A DNA stretch of 64,000 nt from Microcoleus sp. Lineage in GTDB: Bacteria; Cyanobacteriota; Cyanobacteriia; Cyanobacteriales; Microcoleaceae. The position numbers and the translations under genes were made by a program. The notes under the pieces are model-generated. The model had not been told where the DNA came from. It searched no databases and was given only the letters and a program-made list of their open reading frames with translations. The DNA is taken from assembly GCA_052279835.1 (NCBI GenBank), contig CP181291.1, positions 480,001 through 544,000 of the forward strand. The letters run 5' to 3'. This document shows positions 10,802 through 19,386 of this stretch, piece by piece (within the stretch, counting starts at the first letter, position 1; the number at the start of each line of letters is the position of its first letter).

Positions 10802-11731
10802 CCGAATTAAGTCATTTTAGGTTGATTTTGCCGGAAAATTGGTGGAGGGACCTAGCCCATTATTTTGATAAATATTTAGAAACTTTACAAAAATTGATTA
10901 AATCTGTTAAATTATTAATAAGAAAATCAGTACAAATACCAAAAGATTTGCTACGATGTCGATCTTGGTAAGTCCAGTCCTGAGCTTGTTTGCCTACGCA
11001 GCAGATTTTTAGTCGGCGGTGAGAACGACAAGTGAGTGACTCTGTGGTGATTCTGAGAGACGATATTATCTTTGTTCGATTTAGCGATCTCTGGCACTCT
11101 GAAGAAATTCTGTGGAACTTCCTTAGAGAAAACTTAATCTACTAAATCTATCCGAAGCTTGAGGCTACAAGCAAAATTAACTTACCAGGTTAACTTAATC
11201 TTCCTGGACGCAATGGTGACAATTGCTAAGGTGCGTGAGTTGCAAAACCCCTAAAAATAGTTCAAAAAACTCCCTTGACGCACCCTAGGATTCAATATTA
11301 ACGATGCTGGTTGCGTCCACGACTGCTTGAGAGAGCAGATTGTGGTTCGATCGCAAAATCTAACCTAGATTAATCAAGTAGATTTGCGGATTCTGCATTT
11401 TGGCAGATGAAGTTAAACTCTGAACCTGGTTTAGTAGTCTTAAGTAGGTAGCAGAATTGATTTAGATTCGCGCTGCACAGGTGCAGAGGTATTCAGTTTA
11501 GGTTCGATCGCACATCCCTCGAACCCCCAGCGACAAAAATCGAAAACCTTTCACTTTTGGGGAAAGGTTGGCTTTAGAGTCGCACTCAACCACAAAATTT
11601 CCATTTTTAACTGCAAATACTGTTTTAACAGATATCCACAGTTTCAAGACAGATTTAAAACTGGCTTATTACTCATCAAAAACATCAGGTTCGCATCAGA
11701 AAATGGTGTCCTACACTTGGAGGAAAAATTA

Positions 11732-11947
11732 ATGACACCCGCTACTTATACTCGTTTAATTCGATTTTTACAAGAAGATTTGGCGATTTCTCGCGCGTCA
11801 ATTGATGTCGCTGAACGTGTGGGCGGTAACGAACAACGCCAACGCGATCGCGACCCGAATTCCCTGCCGATGGTATTGTGGCAGTACGGTTTGGTGACGC
11901 TAGAACAGTTAGATAAAATTTTTGATTGGTTGGCCCAAGCATATTAA
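11732..11947 (+). CDS. DUF2949 family protein
   Basis: FLQEDLAIS...LPMVLWQYGLVTLEQLD.IFDWL; GGAGG RBS. Confidence 0.85.
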   Translation: MTPATYTRLIRFLQEDLAISRASIDVAERVGGNEQRQRDRDPNSLPMVLWQYGLVTLEQLDKIFDWLAQAY

Positions 11948-12018
11948 AAGGATTTTAGATTTTATATTTTAGATAAAATCTAATTTAGATAAAATCTAAA
12001 ATCCTTTAACAACTTGGA

Positions 12019-13176
12019 TTAAGATTCAGCTAAAATTTTCGCAGCCGCGGCAACGCCGGCACCAGGAACAAAGCCTTCGTAACCCAATTCTCGCAACACC
12101 ACTTCTAAAGAGGAAATAGCTGCTAGAATATCGCGATCGCACACAAAGCCTAAATGACCGATGCGGAAGATTTTGCCCTTCAAATGGTCTTGTCCATCGG
12201 CCAGGGAAATGTCAAATCTCTTTCTCATCAACGTCCGCACCTTTTGTGCATCTACTTCGGCGGGCGGCATCACGGAAGTAATCGCAGGGCTGGCGCAATC
12301 ATCGGCGGCAAATAAGGGCAAACCTAAAGCTTGTACAGCAGCGCGAGTAGTAGTCATCAAGCGTTTGTGCCGCGCGAAGACATTTTCTAGTCCTTCAGTT
12401 GTCATCATCTGCAAAGTTACTTGCAGTCCAAAAAACATATTGACTGGTGGAGTAAAAGGAGTCGTATTTTTGGCAGCTTCTTTGCGATATTTGCCTAAAT
12501 CTAAGTAATAGCGAGGCAATTTCGCAGTCTTGTAAGCTTCCCAAGCTTTCGGGCCGACGGCGACAAAACCCAAACCAGGGGGAATCATGTAAGCTTTCTG
12601 AGAACCGGAAGCAATCACATCAATTCCCCAAGCATCCATCGGCACATTTGCAGCACCTAAACTGGTGACAGCATCGACCATAATTAAAGCTTCACCGTGG
12701 GCTTTAACGTGGCGGTTGATGGTTTCGAGGTCGTTGAGGACACCAGTGGAGGTTTCGGAGTGAGTGATGATGACGGCTTTGATTTGCTTTTCTGTGTCTG
12801 CTTCGAGTTTTTCGCGGAAGTTTTCGGGGTCTAAAGGTTGGCCCCACTCGGCTTTGACGATTTCGACGTTTAAACCGTAAGCTTCGGCGACTTCCGCCCA
12901 ACGTTCACCAAATTTACCATTGGTACCGACTAAAACGCGATCGCCCGCACTCAAGAAATTAATAATCCCAGCTTCCATCGCGCCCGTACCGGAAACGGTT
13001 AAACTCAGGACGTCACTTTTAGTTTGGTGCAACCATTTCAGGTTTTCGGTACATTCTGCAAAAATCCCATCAAACTCCTTGCTGCGGTGGCCCATCGGGT
13101 GTTTTGCCATCGCCAGCAAAGCCGCTTCGGGTACCGGCGTGGGGCCGGGAATCATCAGCATTGATTTGTTATCCAT
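12019..13176 (-). CDS. Class V PLP aminotransferase (serine/alanine-glyoxylate aminotransferase family)
   Basis: LMIPGPTPVP, HSETSTG, VDAVTS, SGSQKA, FRIGHLG. Confidence 0.9.
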   Translation of the reverse strand: MDNKSMLMIPGPTPVPEAALLAMAKHPMGHRSKEFDGIFAECTENLKWLHQTKSDVLSLTVSGTGAMEAGIINFLSAGDRVLVGTNGKFGERWAEVAEAYGLNVEIVKAEWGQPLDPENFREKLEADTEKQIKAVIITHSETSTGVLNDLETINRHVKAHGEALIMVDAVTSLGAANVPMDAWGIDVIASGSQKAYMIPPGLGFVAVGPKAWEAYKTAKLPRYYLDLGKYRKEAAKNTTPFTPPVNMFFGLQVTLQMMTTEGLENVFARHKRLMTTTRAAVQALGLPLFAADDCASPAITSVMPPAEVDAQKVRTLMRKRFDISLADGQDHLKGKIFRIGHLGFVCDRDILAAISSLEVVLRELGYEGFVPGAGVAAAAKILAES

Positions 13177-13262
13177 GATGTTGTCCTAACTATTTCTGTG
13201 GGAGTTAACAGAATAGATCAAAAAGCTGTGTTGCGGAATCGTCTCTCTAAGTTTTTTAAGTT

Positions 13263-13508
13263 TTAAGTTTTAATTTCCCTAGGATTTGTCTCATTCAGCG
13301 ACCAGCGGTATTCTACTGGTAATTTGGAGCGATCGCAACTTTGTTCTAATTGCTTCTGAAGGGCAAGGGCTTTCCGCAAAGTAACGATCAGTTGTTGAAC
13401 TTGTTGTTGCTGTGGTGATTGCGGACTCACAGCCAACATTGTTTTACGTTCCAACAATTGAAGTAGCAATTCGTAGTGAACGTGTGACGGAAGGGGAATT
13501 GGTTCCAT
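13263..13508 (-). CDS. DUF5340 family cyanobacterial protein
   Basis: MEPIPLPSHVHYELLLQLLER...LRKALA.QKQLE...EYRWSLN; lies downstream of trpC. Confidence 0.75.
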   Translation of the reverse strand: MEPIPLPSHVHYELLLQLLERKTMLAVSPQSPQQQQVQQLIVTLRKALALQKQLEQSCDRSKLPVEYRWSLNETNPREIKT

Positions 13509-13784
13509 TAAAGACGACATACCTCAGTGAACCGACACCTCATGGGAATTGCCATGAAGCATTACAGTTTAATTATAAATACTTGATTTCCCATAATTAT
13601 TCTAACTTAACTATTATCAGAATTTAGGGATATTGTCAAGGAATCTGGCGTTTGATATTGTTGTTAATTATTTTGGATTGATTTAACCGCTCCAGACCGC
13701 TCCAGACCGCAGAGTAGCAGAAGAGAGAGATGAAGGATTCTGATGCCACCTCTCACTATGATTTTTGGTTATTTTAAGTTGTCG

Positions 13785-14687
13785 CTAATGACCAGTAGCG
13801 ATGTCGGCGACAAGGGAGGCTAAGGCTGCGCCTGGGTCTGGCTGTTTGACTAGGGATTCGCCAATCAGGACAGCGCCGGCCCCGGCCTTGGCGACTTGAG
13901 CGAGGTCGTCGGGGGTGTGGATGCCTGATTCGCTGACGATGAGGATGTCTTTGGCTTGAATTTCGGTTTGGCGCGAGGCTAATAGTTGGCTGGTGGTTTC
14001 TAGGCTGACGGAAAAGTCTGCTAGGTTGCGGTTGTTGATGCCGATTAGGTTGACGCCTTCTAGGGTTAATACGCGATCGAGTTCTTCTTGAGTGTGAACT
14101 TCTATCAAGGCTGTCATGCCTAATGTCTTGACAATTTTTACAAAGTATTGTATGTCTTTATCTGATAGAATAGCTGCGATTAAAAGTACGGCATCGGCAC
14201 CATGAATGCGGGCGAGATAGATTTGGTAGGGGTAGATGATGAACTCTTTGCAAAGCAGTGGTAAATCGACGGCGGAACGGATTTTGCTGAGGTTTTCAAA
14301 GCTGCCTTGAAAGAACTTTTCGTCGGTGAGTACGGAGATGCAGGTGGCGCCGTTTTGTTGGTAGGATTGGGCGATCGCCACGGCGTCGAAATCTTCGCGA
14401 ATTACGCCTTTGCTGGGGGAAGCTTTTTTGACTTCGGCGATGATTGCTGGTGTGGTTTTACCGTTTTTGAGCGCGCCGAGGAAGTCGCGGATCGGCGGCG
14501 CAAAGGGGAGTCTTTTGTGAAGTTCGGCTAAGGGCGTGCGATCGCGCTTTTGGGCAACTTCAACCTCTTTTTGCCAGACTATTTCTTCGAGGATGTGCCG
14601 GGGTTGGGAGTCGGGTACGGCGATTTCGTAGCTGAGGTAGAGTACGGAGACGGAGGTGCTGGGGGGACGGCGGCGGATTTGGAGCAT
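13785..14687 (-). CDS. trpC: Indole-3-glycerol phosphate synthase
   Basis: [44 protein letters not shown]. Confidence 0.95.
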   Translation of the reverse strand: MLQIRRRPPSTSVSVLYLSYEIAVPDSQPRHILEEIVWQKEVEVAQKRDRTPLAELHKRLPFAPPIRDFLGALKNGKTTPAIIAEVKKASPSKGVIREDFDAVAIAQSYQQNGATCISVLTDEKFFQGSFENLSKIRSAVDLPLLCKEFIIYPYQIYLARIHGADAVLLIAAILSDKDIQYFVKIVKTLGMTALIEVHTQEELDRVLTLEGVNLIGINNRNLADFSVSLETTSQLLASRQTEIQAKDILIVSESGIHTPDDLAQVAKAGAGAVLIGESLVKQPDPGAALASLVADIATGH

Positions 14688-14741
14688 GATAGGGGGGATT
14701 AAGGGCTGATGGCAACAAGTTTCTATTATATAATGGTTACA

Positions 14742-14937
14742 GATTATTCGACGATTGAAATCGCGTCTAAACAAACGAAGTCCGCCGACGCGGACAAGCG
14801 AGATATGACAGGTTGTAATTCATTAAATAGAAACAAGATTATTCGGCGATTGAAATCGCGTCTAAACAAACGAAGTCCGCCTTCGCGAACTCATAGATAT
14901 GACAAGTTGTAATTCATTAAATAGAAACAAGATTATT
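14742..14937. repeat. Two tandem ~95-bp copies of a cyanobacterial interspersed repeat
   Basis: GATTGAAATCGCGTCTAAACAAACGAAGTCCGCC...AATAGAAACAAGATTATT twice; related copies at ~35570 (+) and ~38185-38234 (-). Confidence 0.8.
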
Positions 14938-15457
14938 TAGCACAAAACCCAAAATCTCAGAAACCGGGTTTTTTGCTAAATCACCGACTGTGACTAAGGA
15001 TTGTCGAAAAAACCCGGTTTCTCGCCACACCTCAAATAATTCCGAATCGAAAATTGTCGCACATTCGCGTCGTCAAAGTTCTCGCGCTAACCCGCAATTA
15101 CGCCGGGGGTTGAAAACCCCCGTCTCATAGCGAAAGTCCTCTAAAAGAGGACTGAAAAGTCAATTCAATAAACAAAGGTCGATCGCGCATTCCCAAATTT
15201 TACCAAAAGGTCGATCGCACATTTCTAAGTTTCTTAAAATTCACTGACAGTCTGAGGTTTTGCCGTTCTGGTTTTTGCCTAAAATTGTGCGTGAATGCCT
15301 TTAAATTGGTAAAAAAAAGGTTTCTTGGGAAGATTGCATAAGTCGCGATTATGCAATTTTTCAACCAATTTTTAATAGTGTATTTACAATTTATTGTACG
15401 AGCTAGAGAGATTTATAGATTTGTGATACATTTCCAGGTATTATCAAAATGGTACAT

Positions 15458-15492
15458 CTCCCCACTTGTGGGGAAACTAATTGAATGGAAAC
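15458..15492 (+). CRISPR. Solitary CRISPR direct repeat of the cyanobacterial type III family; no array or cas genes in the window
   Basis: CTCCCCACTTGTGGGGAAACTAATTGAATGGAAAC: CCCCAC/GTGGGG stem, 3' ATGGAAAC handle, AT-rich leader-like sequence upstream. Confidence 0.7.
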
Positions 15493-15560
15493 ACTAAAGC
15501 AAAATTAGTTGGAGCTTTCTATTAATGAGGCAGTTTCAGGGAAACCTAGAATTTTAGCTG

Positions 15561-15589
15561 TTGACAAAAGAGCAGATTTTTTCTAGACT
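15561..15589 (+). promoter_or_regulatory. Sigma70-type promoter
   Basis: TTGACA-N17-TAGACT. Confidence 0.7.
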
Positions 15590-15595
15590 AATTTT

Positions 15596-15955
15596 GGGAG
15601 ATGCCTCCCGCGCCGAAAACGTCACGCATGACGGTTCCAGCAGCCAAGGCATAACCCTCACCCCCCGCGCCGCAAGGTTAAGGACACTAACTAAATAGTG
15701 TGGTCTTAGATTAATATTGGGAGAGACCTTCTAACCGCAAGAAACAAGTCAAGCTTGCTGCCCTCGCAGCAAAGGCTTATTCCCACCACCGCGCCGCAGG
15801 GTTAACGGCATTTCCTAGAAATAGGAACTAAGGCAAATTTAGATGTTGGAGCTTTCTATTAATGCGGAAAGTCAGAACGAGGGTTCCAACCCCCCCGCAC
15901 CGCAAGAAATAAAAAATTCAGAGGCTTTTCTCATGCCGAAAGCCTGGTTTTTTTA
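15596..15955 (+). ncRNA. Candidate ~360-nt structured ncRNA made of degenerate repeated units
   Basis: Promoter upstream, repeated CCGC(G/A)CCG(C/A)A motifs and hairpins, AGGCTTT..AAAGCCT-GGTTTTTTT terminator-like end, no ORF of 60 aa or more. Confidence 0.5.
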
Positions 15956-16032
15956 AGTTAAAAGCTCCAAATTCACGACAAACTTTTAGGGTTCATCAAA
16001 AAAACTTGCTAGTTGCAAATAACTGACAAGCA

Positions 16033-16057
16033 CAAAAAAAGCCCCATTAGTGGGGGC
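16033..16057 (-). terminator. Minus-strand intrinsic terminator
   Basis: GCCCCCACTAATGGGGCTTTTTTT on the minus strand. Confidence 0.6.
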
Positions 16058-16471
16058 AAAGTTGAAGAGTATGTAATCTATTGAAAGCCTTAACCTCGAC
16101 AAATCACCAAATTTGGGATAAACTGGCTAAACTATTAGCACCGATCGCCCTAAATCACCTCATCGACAAATATCTAGAATCCTGCAATTACAAAATACGC
16201 GGTTATTGGCATAACAATAATTTTTATGAATAAATAGTTTTTATTCATCCAATCTATGCAGAATCGCTCGCTCGATCGGCACAATCGATCGCCCAAACAC
16301 AAGAATTTCTCGAATTAGTTCAAAATTTAGTTCTGCCCCTACCGCCGCCGTCAATAAATTACAGAGCATGAATTCAGAAATACTCCACTTCCACAAATTA
16401 GTAACCTTTGGTAGAGGCTGATATGATTGCTGTGGCCTAAAATAGGCTATGAAGTATTGGCTAAAACTATT

Positions 16472-17498
16472 GTGAATACAACAAAAATCACCGATGTTTG
16501 GAGTAAAATCCAGGCAATGGCAAACGACTTTCTGATTTTATTACCAAATATTGTACTGGCACTGATTGTTTTTGCAATTTTCTTTTTTATTGGCAAAACC
16601 TTGAAACGAGTCGTCAGAAGACTCACCAGTTTCTCACCGCCAAGCTCGCAATTTAGGATTGGTGCTGGGGCGATTAGCACAAGGAGCAACCGTTCTTACA
16701 GGATTGTTTATTGCTTTGTCGATCGTCATTCCGTCCATCAAAGCAAACGATCTAGTTCAGCTATTGGGGATTAGTGGTGTGGCGATCGGGTTTGCGTTTC
16801 GCGATATCCTGCAAAATTTTCTGGCGGGTATTTTGATTCTGCTAACTGAACCCTTCCAAATAGATGACCAAATTGTCTTCAAAAACTTTGAGGGAACTGT
16901 AGAAAATATTCAAACGCGGGCGACAATAATCAAAACCTATGATGGTAGGCGCATTGTAATTCCTAACTCAGAACTATTCACAAACTCAGTTGTCGTGAAC
17001 ACAGCGTTTGAAAAGCGCCGTTTGCAGTATGACGTCGGGATTGGCTACGGAGATGATATTGACACGGCCAGACAATTAATTTTAGAGGCAATTCATGAAA
17101 TTGATGGAGTGCTAAAAGATCCCGCTCCCGATGCGATCGTCGTAGAATTGGCCGGTAGCAGTGTTAACATTCGCGCTCGCTGGTGGGTGCAGCCTCCGCG
17201 TCGCGCCGAACTCTTAGATTTTCAAGATCGGGTATTAACTAACATTAAAAACAAGCTAGTAGCAAATGGGATCGATCTGCCTTTCCCAACTCAGCAGATT
17301 TTGTTCCACGATCAGACAGAAGACACTGACGGCGATCGCACCCGTCAACGGGAAGGCTGGCCCGCCGGAAAAGCTGAAGTTCCCAAATCGCGCAGTATCA
17401 GTCGCGCCCTCAGACAACTGGCGGCAATAGAGTTTCAACGCACTAAATCTGAGGATGACCAAGTAATTTCAAACAATAAACATACTGAGGAGAAATAG
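16472..17498 (+). CDS. mscS: MscS family mechanosensitive channel, split by +1 T at ~16631
   Basis: LGISGVAIGFAFRDILQNFLAG, PFQIDD.I, G.VE.I..R.T.I.T.DG....IPNS. Confidence 0.88.
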
Positions 17499-17500
17499 GG

Positions 17501-18847
17501 GTGAAAAATACGAAGTTTAGCAAATTGTGGGACTCCTTAAATTCAAGTTTCTGGTTTGTACCAACCATCATGGTTTTTTTGGCGATCGCACTTTCCTTTA
17601 TCACCATCGGGATTGACCAAAATCAAAAAACCAACCTCATTGGAGAATTGGGTTGGGCCTATACTCTAGGGCCGAGTGGCTCGCGCGCCATTCTTTCGGC
17701 GATCGCCAGTTCAATGATGAGCGTTGCTACCACTGCTTTTTCAATTACGATCGTGGCCCTTCAACTGGCGTCTTCGCAGTTTGGCCCTCGGTTGCTGCGT
17801 AACTTCATGCAAGATAGGGGCAACCAAATTGTGCTGGGAACGTTCATTTCCACCTTTGTGTATAGCTTGATGGTGCTGCGAACTATCAACGGGTTAGAAG
17901 AACATGAGTTTGTACCCCACCTTGCAGTAACTTGTGGGATTGGTTTGGCGATCGCCAGCATTGGCGTATTGATTTATTTCATTCATCACTCTGCATCATC
18001 AATTCAGGTCGATCGCGTGATTAAATTAGTTGGTGACGAACTTGATGATGCGATCGATCGACTGTTTCCACAAACTATTGGAACCAGTAAAGCTAAAAAC
18101 AAGCCGCAAGACAATCCATCGGATCTTTCCGCTGACATTCCCGCTAATTTTGAGCAAGATGCCCGTCCAATTAAAGCAATGAATGGTGGCTATATTCAAG
18201 CCATTAATAATCACCAACTAATGCAAATTGCCAGGGAAAATAACCTGCTGTTACAAATTCAACAGCGGCCGGGTCGCTTTACTGTCGAAGGAAGTGAACT
18301 TGTACAAGTCTTTCCTGGAAAACAGGTGAACGAGAAACTTGCATCCAAGATTAACGATGCTTTTCTGATTGGCTCACAGCGCACAGAACAGCAGGATGTA
18401 GAGTTTTCCATCGACCAATTGGTGGAGATTGCAGTACGCGCTCTTTCCCCAGGAATCAACGATCCGTTTACCGCTATCCGCTGTATTGACCAACTGAGTG
18501 CGGCCCTTTGTCGTTTAACCCAAAGAGAGATTCCCTCTCCCTACCGCTACGACGACAGCAACCAGCTTCGGATGATTGCAGAACCCATCGCCTTTACTGA
18601 CGTCATCGATGCAGCTTTTAACCAAATTCGACAGAATGGAAAATCGAATGTAGCTGTCACCATGCGCTTGCTAGAGGCGATCGCGGTTGTGGCTCGTTTT
18701 ACCGATCGAACCACACACCGAACAGCACTCAGGCGACACGCCGATCAGACTGAGCGCGCCAGCCAGCAGGCAAATTTCGATGAATTAGATCGCAAAGATA
18801 TTAAAGAGCGATATTTAGCAGCATTGAAAGCTATAGAGCAGAATTGA
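17501..18847 (+). CDS. DUF2254 family membrane protein
   Basis: FSITIVALQLASSQFGPRLLRNF, ALSPGINDPFTA..CID. Confidence 0.85.
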   Translation: MKNTKFSKLWDSLNSSFWFVPTIMVFLAIALSFITIGIDQNQKTNLIGELGWAYTLGPSGSRAILSAIASSMMSVATTAFSITIVALQLASSQFGPRLLRNFMQDRGNQIVLGTFISTFVYSLMVLRTINGLEEHEFVPHLAVTCGIGLAIASIGVLIYFIHHSASSIQVDRVIKLVGDELDDAIDRLFPQTIGTSKAKNKPQDNPSDLSADIPANFEQDARPIKAMNGGYIQAINNHQLMQIARENNLLLQIQQRPGRFTVEGSELVQVFPGKQVNEKLASKINDAFLIGSQRTEQQDVEFSIDQLVEIAVRALSPGINDPFTAIRCIDQLSAALCRLTQREIPSPYRYDDSNQLRMIAEPIAFTDVIDAAFNQIRQNGKSNVAVTMRLLEAIAVVARFTDRTTHRTALRRHADQTERASQQANFDELDRKDIKERYLAALKAIEQN

Positions 18848-18859
18848 TGACTACTGCGA

Positions 18860-18995
18860 TAAGTAGAAGGAAGAAGTCACCCCCCCCAGCCCCCCCCAAG
18901 GGGGGAAATTCAGGAAGAAGATCGATGTGAAGAATGCTCATACAGCAAGCTTTTTAGCCACCTGTATCTTACGTTTAATTAAGTGGACTTACTTA
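18860..18995. mobile_element. Short MITE-like repeat (TAAGTA...TACTTA termini)
   Basis: Ends TAAGTAGAAGGAAGAAG and ATCTTACGTTTAATTAAGTGGACTTACTTA; an inverted relative lies at 59743-59901. Confidence 0.6.
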
Positions 18996-19225
18996 GTTAA
19001 CGATAAACTCAAGAACATACTGACAGAATTACGATCGCACTTCGAGCAAATCTACGACACCCGCCTTGTCACCATGGTACTTTACGGTTCTCAAGCGCGA
19101 GGCGATGCACGCCCAGACTCTGACATTGATGTGTTAGTCGTCCTCAAAGGACAAGTCAATCCCGGTGAAGAAATTAAAAAAACCAGTCACATTCGAGCCG
19201 ATTTGTCACTCCCAAATGATGAAGT
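18996..19225 (+). pseudogene. Truncated duplicate of the minimal nucleotidyltransferase (MNT) gene
   Basis: 230-bp near-identical copy of 24671-24900 (LYGSQARGD...SDIDVLVV); 3' end missing. Confidence 0.8.
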
Positions 19226-19386
19226 TCTGTCGAAAAAACCCGGTTTCTCGCCACACCTCAAATAATTCCGAATCGAAAATTGTCGCACATTCCCGCCGTC
19301 AAAGTTCTGGCCCTAACCCGAAAGTCCGATGTTTTGCAGATATCTAATTTTATCAAATTTAAGGGCGATCGCCTTTGAGCATTCTC

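Noticed and set aside
14742..14937. Possible CRISPR array (contains ATTGAAAT and GAAAC)
   Set aside because: The whole 95-bp unit is duplicated with no unique spacer, and it belongs to a dispersed repeat family
15596..15955. tRNA, Cas12k tracrRNA or known riboswitch
   Set aside because: No cloverleaf or T-loop; only the short GCGCCGCA word resembles a V-K tracrRNA start, and there are no cas12k or tns genes
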